A stretch of 64,000 bases of DNA from Octopus vulgaris (lineage: Eukaryota): the NCBI GenBank assembly GCA_951406725.2, contig OX597838.1, positions 26,040,001-26,104,000 on the forward strand, in the 5' to 3' direction. The notes beneath the pieces are model-generated. The model ran no database searches, was not told the DNA's origin, and saw only the letters and a program-made list of their open reading frames with translations. Positions 51,131-64,000 of this stretch are shown piece by piece; the first letter of the stretch is position 1, and every line of letters starts with the position of its first letter. Made by a program: the position numbers and the translations under genes.

Positions 51131-51407
51131 TCCCTCTTTCCATGGAGGCCAAAATATGCAAAAACAGAATAGAGCAAAACACAAAGAAAACCTCCAAAAA
51201 TACCCAAACATTGTCACCATTGAGCTTTGAACTTAAAGGGTAAAGAACGTAATACAGCTGTTAAGTCATATTTTACGTCGGTGCTTTACCATTTCTGCCA
51301 CCACCACCACCAGCACCACACCAATTTGAGTCTGAAAGAATTGCAGATGAAAGCAAAAACATTCTTTTATAGAAGTGAATACAGTAATCAATTGAACTAC
51401 CCGGGGT

Positions 51408-51438
<31 letters not shown>

Positions 51439-51688
51439 TATGTATATACATATACATATATATGTATGTATGTGTATATATGAATATATATACATATATA
51501 TATGTATGTAATTATATATGTATGTGTATTTATATATATATATGTATATGTATGTATATATATATATATATATATATGTATATGTATGTATATATATATG
51601 TATGTGTATATATATGTATGTATGTGTATATGTATGTGTGTATATATATATATATGAATGTATCTATGTATATGTATGTATGTTTGTA

Positions 51689-51743
<55 letters not shown>

Positions 51744-51753
51744 GTATGATGTG

Positions 51754-51790
<37 letters not shown>

Positions 51791-51794
51791 GATG

Positions 51795-51849
<55 letters not shown>

Positions 51850-52454
51850 GTATGCATACGTGTATATTTGTGAGTGTGTGCGCGCGCGCGCGTGTATGTA
51901 TGTGGGATTCTATTACATTCAATTGATCGATCTTCGTCTTTAGTATTCATCGATATCTTGTGCATATAATCAGTTTGAAATTTATTGCTTTTGTTTGTTT
52001 ATTTATTTATGTGTTTTTTTGTGTTGTTCTTTTCTTTATTCTTCCTTTGTGTTATTTACCAAACATAGGGCGGTGGGTGAGTGGGTGGAGGAAGGGAAGA
52101 ATAGCAGAAATGGTAAAAAGTTCACACTTTGAGAGGTTTAAAAAAAAAAAAAAATTCTTTCGTTAATTTCAACCTTTGAAATGGTTGCAACTCAGCTGGA
52201 GCAGTGCTCTCAAGAGCTTTTATACTCGACCATATTGATCCCGACACTCATTTCAGTCCGGTACTTATTTTATTAACCGATTTCAATATGTCGAATTGCT
52301 AGGTTACGGGATGTAGGAGACCCCCCCTCCCCTCATCCGCCTATTCTGCCAACATAAACTGTACAATTTTGTTTTAGGTTGGTATAAACACATACAATGA
52401 GACTCACACATATACACATGTAGACACACTCACACACACACACATACACATCTC

Positions 52455-52487
<33 letters not shown>

Positions 52488-52490
52488 GCA

Positions 52491-52650
52491 TACGAGGGGG
52501 TGCTTAAAGGTTCCTGGCTTTAAGGGTGACACGAAAGGACTGGTTGGAGGCCCAACCTTCCGAGTTCTTTTACAGGGGTTTGAAAAACTGAAGGACCACT
52601 GCAATAAGTGTGTGAATCTGAGAGGGGAATATGTTGAATAAAATTGTAAT
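52491..52650 (+). mobile_element. Mariner-derived fragment (irritans-like): TIR fused to transposase C-terminus
   Basis: [27 protein letters not shown]-like start; ..EKLKDHCNKCVNLRGEYVE* C-terminus. Confidence 0.65.
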
Positions 52651-53909
52651 TTGAAGACAAGAAAGAGGAGGAGGAATATGAGGATGAGGATACACACACA
52701 TGCATACATATGTACACGCATATACACACTCATACACATACGTACACAAACACATGCGCACGCATACACATATATACATATAAACATACACAGATGCACT
52801 CATATACATATCCACACACGTGCACACACATACACATACATGTATGGGCGTACATCCACATACACCTATATACACATGCGCACACACACATACATACACA
52901 TTCACACACGCACATACACAGAGGCTTCTGCACAGTTTCCGTCAATCTATTTTCACTCAACAGTTATTAGTCGACTCGAGAGGCTATATAGTAAAAAGAG
53001 ACTTGCTGAAGATGTCACGCTTTGGGACCCATCCGTGACCACCACGGCGTGCTTACGATAGTGTAACTGTGCCGCAATACTTCTACGTGTAGGCGATTGT
53101 TCGATCTGCTAGTCATAACAGCCAAACGTTCCTCAACATGATATCGTATTGTTTTGAAACATTAGAGTACTTTGTAGAACGTGGTAAGGGTTTCTTGGAC
53201 ATCGGCGTATGTATGGCTGAGTGGTTAAGAAGCTTGCTTTGCAACGAAATGGTTTCGGGTTCAGTCCCACTGCGCAGAAAGTTAGCTAATTATTTTCTAT
53301 TGTAACACCGGACCGACCAATAACCCGTGAGAGAATTGGTGGCCCTCGAAGTCGCTGGAAATGGAGATCTCCAGGTCCAAATTCTTGAACGGCTGCTACT
53401 GCTGCTGCACCTGTTGTTATTGTTTTTGTTGGTGTTGCTGTTGTTGTTGTTGTTGTTCTTGTAGCTATTGTTTAGCTCCTTGTCAGTTCTGATATTGTCG
53501 ACTTAACAACAAAAAGAGAACGGTCGGTGGCGTTGAAGTGGACATCACGTCAGGTTTAGTTTTGTCACGTCCCCTTAGATTCCATCAATCAAAACCCTTT
53601 TGAATCAGACCTCGCCTTTCATCCTTTTGGCGATCAATAAAATTGTGTCAGTCAAGTGGTGCAGTCGATCAAATCGATTCCCTACTCCACCCACTCTCCT
53701 TCATCTCCATCGATCTCTGTTATTCAAATCTATGGCCTTTCACCACCAGACTTGAGAAATTCCTGTTTAGCAAATGTTCTTTTGATTATTTTGATTTTCC
53801 GGCTCCTTGCAAGACGCTTTTTTTTTCCAATACGAATCTAGTGTTTTCAATCTGATTGAGTTCAGGAAAGTTTTGTATGACATGTCGTCGCTCCACTGTT
53901 TCTTATGTC

Positions 53910-54520
53910 TTTACTACCCACAAGGGGCCAAACACAGAGGGGACAAGCAAGGACAGACAAACGGATTAAGTCGATTACATCGACCCCAGTGCGTAACTGG
54001 TACTTATTTAATCGACTCCGAAAGGATGAAAGGCAAAGTCGACGTCAGCGGAATTTGAACTCAGAACGTAACGGCAGACGAAATACCTATTTCTTTACTA
54101 CCCACAAGGGGCTAAACACAGAGTGAACAAAGACAGACAGACGGATTAAGTCGATTACATCGACCCCAGTGCGTAACTGGTACTTATTTAATCGACCTCG
54201 AAAGGATGAAAAGCAAAGTCGACCTCGGCGGAATTTGAACTCAGAACGTAGCGGCAGACGAAATGCCTATTTCTTTACTACCCAAAAGGGGCTAAACACA
54301 GAGAGGACAAACAAGGACAGACAAACGGATTAAGTCGATTATATCGACCCCAGTGCGTAACTGGTACTTATTTAATCGACCCCGAAAGGATGAAAGGCAA
54401 AGTCGACCTCGGCGGAATTTGAACTCAGAACGTAACGGCAGACGAAATAGCTATTTCTTTACTACCATGAACACAGAGGAGACAAACAAGGACAGACAAA
54501 CGGATTAAGTCGATTATACA
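53910..54520 (-). mobile_element. SINE family 3 concatemer (about 3.4 bodies, headless)
   Basis: Same unit and junction as 36270-36875. Confidence 0.85.
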
Positions 54521-54638
54521 TGGTTTTGGGTTCATTCACACTGCGTGGCACCTTCGGCAAGTGTCTTCTACTATAGCCTCGGGTCGACCAAAGCCTTGTG
54601 AGTGGATTTGGTAGACAGAAACTGAAAGAAGCCTGTCG

Positions 54639-54683
<45 letters not shown>

Positions 54684-54885
54684 TTGTGTGTCTGTTTGTT
54701 CCTCCAACATCACTTGACAACCGATGATGGTGTGTTTACGTCCCCTTAACTTAGCGGTTGGGCAAAAGAGACCGATAGAATAAGTATTAGGCTTACAAAG
54801 AATAAGTCCTGAGGTCGATTTGCTCCAGCATGGCCACAGTCAAATGACTGAAACGAGTAAAAGAGTAAAGAGAGTAAAAGAGTAA
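54520..54885 (+). mobile_element. SINE family 1, 5'-truncated
   Basis: Colinear with family consensus. Confidence 0.8.
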
Positions 54886-55513
54886 CTAAACAAGTAAGAT
54901 TTATAGTTCTTACAATTGATTTTACTCGATATTCAAAAGACAAAGTTAATCTATTGTTATTATCAGTTGTGGTAATTTCTTAAGGAAATGTCAAGCGATT
55001 TATACATCTAATTACAATATTTTAACATGTAAACAGCTGACGCCTTCACAATAATCAGTTCATATTAATGAATTGTATGTAAATGTTTTCAACATTATCT
55101 ATGATATCTTTAATGTAATTATCTATGATAATTTTCTTCATACCCTATAGAAGAGCGTTTTTATCTTATGGCTACACTTAAGTATAACTTCCGTGTGTTT
55201 ATTAATTAATTCGTCATTAAATAAAATTATTTTTTAAGGTTTCCTCCAGGCATAAGTTGCAGACACCGGACTGTGCATCATATTGCTTCGCATATTTCAA
55301 TACCGATCATGTTGTTGCATACCTTACTTCTTTCCTTTTCTCTTTCCACACGAGGTTCGCCAGCGATGTGCAGTGACTATTGCACTCGTTAAAGAAAGAT
55401 GCAAGATGGTTTCTCAGACGAATTCAAAAGTGGTCGCTAGTTGCCTCTATATATACATATGATACACATGTTTGTGCATTTTTTGTACTTTACATTATAT
55501 TTTAAATTGATCT

Positions 55514-55815
55514 ATGTATGTATGTATGTATGTATGTATGTATGTATGTATGTATGTATGTATGTATGTATGTATGTATGCATGCATGCATGCTTCTATG
55601 TATGTATGTACGTACGTATGTATGTATGTATGTATATACGTATGTATGTATGTATGTATATATGTATGTATGTACGTACGTATGTATGTATGTATATACG
55701 TATGTATGTATGTATGTATGTATATACGTATGTATGTATGTATGTATAAACGTATGTATGTATGTATGTATGTATGTATGTATGTATGTATGTATGTATG
55801 TATGTATGTATGTAT
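55514..55815. repeat. (TATG)n microsatellite
   Basis: Seen directly. Confidence 0.95.
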
Positions 55816-57764
55816 GGCTGGATGGATGTGCAGTTAATAAAAGAACATATATCAGAAAGAAGAACACTCTAAAGAATGGAACAGTAATTATTACAATAAA
55901 AATTTTATATCTTGGACATAGAGTGACCGAAGGTTTCGCATTCACAAAGCCAAGCCTTGTGGACAGCTCGCCAGATCTATTATATAAATACAAAATTTAA
56001 AATATCTCCGTCGCAGACGTGAAGAAATTACAGTGCGGGCCTGGTCACTCTATCTGTATCTATGGTTTGTTCGTTAACCGTGGCGGTGGTACCGGGGTCT
56101 TTGGTGACGCTCTCCATGATGCTGGTCCCGGACTGGTTATTATCTTTGGGCGTGGCAATTGTATTGGCGTGAAAACCGGTTAATCTGCTAATAGCTGATA
56201 ACCTTTACACATGTAGCCTGATTGCTCTGGTTTATCTTCATCTCCGCAAGTGTGCGGGCGGATACAATTTCCAGGCATGCACCATGTATCCATCACTATT
56301 CATCACCATAGGCCTTTATAAAATACAAAACGGACGAAGAAAGGAAATGGTAGTGGGACGTCTGTGCATCACAGGAGTTAAGTGACAAATGGTCGTAGAG
56401 CACTCTTGCCACTCTCTCGGTCACTATGGTAGGTTCCAGTGACAAACATTGCAAGATGACTGGTACTCTTTGGACCGCAAGTTTTACGTCAGAGTATCAT
56501 TCTCCTAGAAGAGCTGCCTTCCCCAGAGCTTTATAAAAAATAACCGGAGCCTCCGCTATACTTGGGTAACCTACTTAATTCCCAGATGAGACCTGACAGG
56601 TACTGCCGTTTCGGGTGACAACCGACCTGGGTGTAATGGTAATTAAGGGTTGACTCTACGCTCCCCACAACTCTGGAAATCCCCAAAATGGAGTTTCACC
56701 ACCGGATGCAACTTTATTTATACCTAGGGGACGCACATACACACACGCCTTAATGTACCTAAAACGTTTTACGCTCAGACATAAAAATATATTTTTTTCT
56801 TTCACATGTATTTTGTTCGTTTGAATTTCCTAGGAGTTAGTATACTGATTTATACGTTTAGTGAAAACACGTGGCCCAGTGGTTAAGAGAGTTGACTTCA
56901 CGATTATAAGGTCTTTGGTTCAACTTCTGAACCAGGTAGCACATTACGTCTTTGAGTAAAGTGCTTCGTTTCCCGTTGCATTTTCCTATCTCTCTCTCTC
57001 TCTCTTCAGTTTTCACATCCTCAATGTTCCGTTGGATCAAGAGTAAAGGAGCTGATAGAGAGTCTAAGGCTACCCGCATCTTCAGAGGCCTTTGAAACAA
57101 TTAAAGAAAACGTGGTATATATTAGCAGCTCACATTCTCTCGCGAGTGACGGTTATGCCTTTAAACTTTAAGTTCTTTCCACGGACACAAATGTTATTAC
57201 GCAAAGCATAACGTTATACACTATAGAGTCCTGTTATGAGAAGCATATACATCAGATACAACTTGGTGCAAATGTCTTACGCTCTGACCGGATGGTTAAG
57301 AAGATCGCTTCACAGTCACATTCTCCGGGGTTCGATCTCACTGTATGGTATTTTGGGGAAAAAAAGTCATTTTAATATAGTTTCGTTTTAACCCATATTT
57401 TGAGAGTGAAATTGAGTAGAAGGAAAGTGTAAAGAAGATCATCCAGAAAAGGCAGCCTTGTCACATACCGATTCTGATTCTACCATTCTGATTCTATCTT
57501 ACAATTACAATAAAAGTACATCGTACGTGTCTTTGCGATTCCAGACTTGTTGCCCGTTAATTCAGGGGCGGGTAATTCAGATGACCACACAAGTTTCCTT
57601 GCGTCCAAAGAGTGAAATCTACTCGACTAGATTAATTATTGGGGATCTATTGACTAAGGGTATGCACTTTAATTGTAATTAGTTAAGATGTACGGAAATA
57701 AATGACTAGGTCATGTAGGTTTTTATATTAGAGACAGAGAGAGGACGAAAGAGAGATAGAGATG

Positions 57765-57852
<88 letters not shown>

Positions 57853-58116
57853 ATCGTTCCGTAATCTCAGCAAAAACTTATTTTGTTCCATCAAGTTTGA
57901 AATCTGATCCTACGGCTGTTCGGCTCGCATAGCCATATGGTACTATATAAGTGTGTTACGTAATGTCATATGTGTACACACACACACACATATATATACA
58001 CATACGTACATACACACATGTATATATATATATATATATATATACATACGTACATACACACATGTATATATAAATAAATGCTCACGTTCAGATGTATGTG
58101 TGCGTGCGTGTGTGTC

Positions 58117-58147
<31 letters not shown>

Positions 58148-58970
58148 TATAGTATAGGTGCATGGTTTGCGCATAGGTATCTATTATGAACATAGAAACA
58201 TATGTATGCTTAGGTATGTGTGAAAGTATTGCTAATCCCAAATTCCCATTAACATTACACCGCCACCACCACCACCACCACCACCACCGCCGCCACCGCC
58301 GTTGCTACCATCGGTACCACCACCACCACCACCACTACCACCACCATCACCACCATACTTGCTATCAGTACCATCCATCCATCCATCCTTAAGAAATGAT
58401 GCCAGTCGGCCGATGAGGTTTCGTATTTCAACAAGAGGTGCTGCTGGAGAAATACAGATAGGGATATAAATAGTGAATATGTATGGAGATGGGGGTGGGG
58501 GTGGGGTGGGGGAAGAAGTGAGAATAAAAAGAGAGAGAGAGAGAGCGAGAGAGGAGAGGGAGGGAGAAGAAGGAGATGGAGGGAGAAATGAAAGAAGGGG
58601 GGTATGTAAGGTGGTGTTGGTGTTGGTGTTGGTGTGTCAGCTATTTTTGGTTCTAGCAAGGTAAACCAAAGGCATGTACACATAGCACCTTCACAAACAC
58701 GTGTGCATGTGTGTGTGCGTGTGCGTGCGTGCATGTGCTTGCGCGTGCGTGCGTGCGTGTGTGTGTGTGTGTGTGATTGTATGTATTCACGCACTTATAC
58801 ATGCACGCGTGTATTACAAACATACGCAGATTGAGATTTCACATACAGAGGCACCCGCTGACACATACACATACACACGCGCAAACACGCACACGCACAT
58901 GCATCACACACGCACACACACACACCAATGTTTGCCTATTTTTCAAAAGTACTTGCACAAACAAAAGTGC

Positions 58971-59007
<37 letters not shown>

Positions 59008-59984
59008 AGCGTGCACCTGTGTGTGTGTGTATGTGTGTATGTGTGTGTGTGTATAAACACAAACACATACTTATGCAAAAATGCATGCTCACAGACATAC
59101 ATATACACTACATACATACACACACATAATACTTACATGCGCATATTTATATATATATTCCCACACACATACATACATGTTGTCCCCACTCCCACACCTG
59201 CTCAAAACTGAGGCACACACATACGCATATACTCACACACACACACACACACATACCTATACAGACATACTCACACATGTATATGCATACACATACACAC
59301 GCACACGCTCCCCAACACCGCCATACTGCAGTCCTTTCGTCCCATTTGTTGACAGCGTTTCTTGACATTTCTTGAAGTTTCTTTGTACTTCTTGGAGTCG
59401 TAGAAAACTACAACCAGGAATAGCGAAGATGGTGGTGGTGGTGATGAAAGCAACGCTGCCGCCGTTGGTGTTGATGACAATGACGATGATGATGATGATG
59501 ATGACGACGACGACGACGACGACGACAATAGTGATGATAAATATATCAATAACAACAAAAATAATAATCTATTCTTTCATCGAGCTCTTTTCGTAGACTT
59601 TGCTTTCTCGATATAACTGACGAATATTTCCACACATAGCCCCCCGCTTCTCTCTCTCTCCAATCCTGATATCTCAAAACACCTTGGTACAAAGAATGTT
59701 AATTCCCCAAGGAGTAATTGCCCGAAACTTTTCATCTCCATTTTGTTTACAATACTCTGTGTTTTCATTTCATAAGCCATGGCGGATATATAAAAAAAAA
59801 CCCTGACTTTGAACAATAAACATTTGTTTTTTTTTGGTAGTGCTGCTAATCAAATGAATAGACATGTTTATACGTGCCTACTTTTACATGCGTTCATTTC
59901 ACCGAAACAATTATTTCCAAACTGAAAATAAAAAATAGATAAATTTTATTTTCAATATAAAGGCACTGGCGGGGTAAGAGGCTT

Positions 59985-60275
59985 CCTTTCGTCTGTCTAC
60001 GTTCTGAGTTCAAAATTCCACCGAGGTCGACTTTACCTTTCATCCTTTCGGGGTTGATGTAATCGATTTAATCCCTTTGTCTGTCCTTGTTTTTTCCCTC
60101 TATGTTTAGTACCTTGTGGGCCATAAAGAAGTAAGAGGCTTGCTTTCCAACCACATGGTTACGGGTTCACTCCCACTGCGTGACACCTTGGGTAAGTGTC
60201 TTCTATTATAGTCTCAAGTAGACTACGTCCTTGTGAGTAGATTTGGTATATGGAAACTCAAATAAACTTGTTGTA
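59985..60275 (+). mobile_element. SINE family 3 fragment followed by a family 1 5' half
   Basis: Matches 23510-23690, then the family 1 head. Confidence 0.7.
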
Positions 60276-60467
60276 TACTCACTCACACACACACACACGC
60301 ACGAAATTTGATAAATGACATGAGAATAAGAAATTAAGTAATGAACTTCATCAGCTTACAGGTGTTTCTGCTATAAGCTGCAATGCACTCATGTATATAT
60401 TTTCCTGGGAAAACAAAACATCAGAATGCAGGATTTGGCACGAATCCTGCTTCTGCTCAGTTCAAAG

Positions 60468-60527
<60 letters not shown>

Positions 60528-60747
60528 ATTAGTGTACATTTAAACACAAAAGAGGCAACCTTAACAGAATACCTTACATGATAGAAGGAACTGTCTAATT
60601 AAAAGTTCGAAACCTAGATCAGGAGAAAAATATGGTAAATAATTACATTGTAAATTCTACACCGCTGAAAACATATCAAGACGCTAAGATAAGAAATTTT
60701 GAAAATTAAAGAGGTGTCTATTTACTTCTTGCCTGTTTATACGTGCG

Positions 60748-60806
<59 letters not shown>

Positions 60807-61149
60807 CACGGCACGGTTGTATAAACGTGACAACTATTTAAAAGGGATGGTTAAATAAATCAATGGACATTCCCGGTTTCTTAATTTCCTTTAATAAGAA
60901 GCAGGTGAATTTCCAACCGAAGACTCTCAATCTTCAATCTGTTAATTAATATAATTCGATAATTTTAAATTTCGGTGGTGAAACAGGCAATAATAGATTA
61001 TGTACACGTTGTTATACTGTATTAATTACATACCTGCATACATACATATATTACATATATACACACTCACAATCATGTTTATGCACATATACATGTATAT
61101 ATTTAAATATATGATATATATGTATATATTTGTATAATTACATATACAT

Positions 61150-61185
<36 letters not shown>

Positions 61186-61539
61186 ATAATAATATTAATA
61201 ATATTCTTGAAGTATGATCAGTAAACAAGTGTCACCTTAGTCTGCTGGCTGTGGACAGCTGACACTTTCCATCATACCCAGCAAAATAAGATGTGAATTT
61301 TCATCACATAATAATAATCCTTTCTACTAGAGGCATAAGGCCTGAAATTTTTTTTTTTGTAGGGTGGAGGGGGGAGGATTTGTCGATTGAATCGACTCCC
61401 CAGTTTTTCACTGGTACTTAAGTTATCGTCCTCGAAAGGACGAAAAACAAAGTCGTCTTCGGTGGAGTCTGAATTCAGAACGTAGCGACATGCGAAATAC
61501 CGCTAAGCATTTCTTTCAACGTGCTAACGATTCTAGTCG

Positions 61540-61805
61540 TCTCAGTTATAAGTTACAATTACAATATTCTTAACTGGTCTCTAAATGAACTAATCAAACC
61601 AGACAGGAAAACAAGAAAAATAATGACAGAATTTAGGATGCACCACCTAAAATCCGACATAGAAAGGTTATATATACAACGTATTGAAGGTGGTAGAGGC
61701 CTTATAGGGCTGGAAAACTATTATAAAATAACCACCATAGGATTACAGAAATACTTACTTCAGAAGCAAGGAAAACTGATACAAATAGCTACAAAACAGA
61801 TATAG
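61540..61805 (+). pseudogene. R4/Dong-like (RLE-class) non-LTR RT C-terminal fragment
   Basis: YNYNILNWSLNEL..DRKTRKIMT..RMHHLKSDIERLYIQRIEGGRGLIGLE. Confidence 0.8.
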
Positions 61806-62045
61806 AAATCAACGCTAACAGACCGGACATAGTTGTCAGAGATCACCAAGAAAAAAGATGCCTTCTAATCGATGTATCAATACCAACGATTGTTTCAACT
61901 GATATTAATTTATTATTAATAATGGTATTAATAGAGTGCAGCTTAAGCGTGCGTGTGGGTGCACGTAGTCCAGTGGTTAATGTGTTACATTCACGATTCA
62001 CAGACCGAGCGATGCATTGTGTTCTTGAACAAAACACACACATTC

Positions 62046-62157
<112 letters not shown>

Positions 62158-62562
62158 GCCTGTCTGTCTATATATTTATCTATCTATGTGTGTGTGTGTA
62201 TATACACAAATACATACACACATATATTATATATCAACAATATTAAAGATAAGGATTACCCCGAAGTAGCTAAGGCATTACTTTTAATTCTATAATTATA
62301 TACTGCCTTTTAAGACCAACACATATGCTTCAGTTGCACCGATTAGTAACCATTGCAATTGCAACCCTACTATAAGACGGTGCAGTCTCTTCAGGGTCTT
62401 AACTTGATGCCCCTCGATATGGCCGTTTAATGATTTTCTTTTATAAACTCTGCGTTGTATAATGTAGAGTTGTCCGTTAAGTCAGACGCGAACGATCTCT
62501 CTTTCAAGTTCTTATTGGATAATAATTTTCACTCCATCATTTCAAAACCTTGTATAGTTTAA

Positions 62563-62948
62563 ATTGCGGAGGCGCAATGGCCCAGTGGTTAGGGCAGCGG
62601 ACTCGCGGTCGTAGGATCGCGGTTTCGATTCCCTGACCGGGCGTTGTGAGTGTTTATTGAGCGAAAACACCTAAAGCTCCACGAGGCTCTGGCAGGGGAT
62701 GGTGGTGATCCCTGCTGTACTCTTTCACCACAACTTTCCCTCACTCTTACTTCCTGTTTCTGTTGTACCTGTATTTCAAAGGGCCGGCCTTGTCACTCTC
62801 TGTGTCACGCTGAATATCCCCGAGAACTACGTTAAGGGTACACGTGTCTGTGGAGTGCTCAGCCACTTACACGTTAATTTCACGAGCATGCTGTTCCGTT
62901 GATCGGATCAACCGGAACCCTCGTCGTCGTAACCGACGGAGTACTTCC
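62563..62948 (+). mobile_element. tRNA-derived SINE family 2, full length with 9-bp TSD
   Basis: Near-identical to 44084-44466; ATAGTTTAA at 62554-62562 and 62949-62957. Confidence 0.9.
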
Positions 62949-63787
62949 ATAGTTTAACTGATAATTACTCATTTATATTTGGCAAATGTAAATTTCCTCC
63001 TGTGCAAGCATCTCAGTGCTTGCACCTCTCCAGAATTTATCATATTAACATTGGATGTGGATATCCTGTAAAATTCTTCTATACATGGGTCACATCTATT
63101 GGTTCCTGGTCGGTATGGTTTTGCAGTACAAATTAACTCCCCTTTAATCGTATAGTCCTTGTTACTGTCCTTGAAAGGTCAGATTAATTTGCTAAGACTC
63201 GTTTGGAACCTTTTATTTTCATTGAATAGATATGATAAAACGATTCTCAAGATTATTTCTGCGCTTTTGTTTTCAAATATAGTTTTTCTTTGATGAGCTA
63301 TGCGTCTTTTTCTAAATTCATGCAAATGACCTAAAAAAACTGATGCACACCGTATAACACACACACATACACACACATATACAATATGTCAAGGTAAGAT
63401 CCAAAGATCAAGGTGTAGGAGGTTAGTAAGTTTCAAGCAATCCATAGAAGATTAAAGAGCAACTTTCAGGAAAAATAGAAGGATGTACATTTTTTTCCAT
63501 ATCGAAGTTCGATAAGTTGAATAAGTTGTTTAATGACTTACGGTTAGCAGCTGGGTTGCTGCGTATGAGAATTAAAATCCAAAATTAGGGAATGGAGGAG
63601 ATAAAATGCAGGCTACATATGTTTCTTAGCCAACAGAACCTCGGAAGTGGTAATTATCTTAACGAGGGGTACTCCGCTATGTACTCGCGGCGTCAAAGCT
63701 GACTTAATCAAATTGAAGTTTACATTGTCGTTAAGGGATTGCATGTTGACTCGCAGGAAATTCGGTCGAAAATCGAATATATGTATG

Positions 63788-63853
<66 letters not shown>

Positions 63854-64000
63854 CACATATATAGGACAGTGTCTTTTGATGCCAGTCTGATGACATGTCA
63901 CTCCACTGTAATCAAATGCTGCAAATATTGCGTTGAAATCATTATTGAGCAATGCTGTTAAAAGCAGAATTGTACAGAACATTTGTAACTAATAATAATG

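Noticed and set aside
60340-60450. Hammerhead remnants (GAAACACCTGTAAG on the minus strand; also 3728-3760 and 6020-6100)
   Set aside because: Only the 3' half is recognisable; the core or stem II is too degraded to call.

Overview
This window is AT-rich, microsatellite-saturated eukaryotic DNA. It is most likely octopus/cephalopod, inferred from the SINE families and repeat landscape. I can support no intact host protein-coding gene; nearly all ORF-track entries are microsatellite or SINE artefacts. The window is a mosaic of four kinds of element: (1) at least four SINE-like families; (2) decayed DNA transposons, namely a Merlin/IS1595-like and a maT/DD37D-like transposase, two mariner derivatives, two foldback MITEs and three non-autonomous Helitrons; (3) LINE fragments of RTE, CR1-like and R4/Dong-like type; (4) a ~160-bp tandem array. 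The most interesting signal is a dense set of short non-coding elements carrying minimal type-I hammerhead ribozymes and inserted as inverted repeats with a one-sided tail, the Penelope-like (PLE) insertion signature. One family (25012-25425, 35362-35933) joins a tRNA-like Pol III head to a hammerhead and a PLE-type tail, so it looks like a ribozyme-bearing SINE mobilised by Penelope machinery. Repeats left of about 21 kb are CpG-decayed and those to the right are not, suggesting a historical methylation boundary. Coordinates were read by eye and may be off by a few bases.
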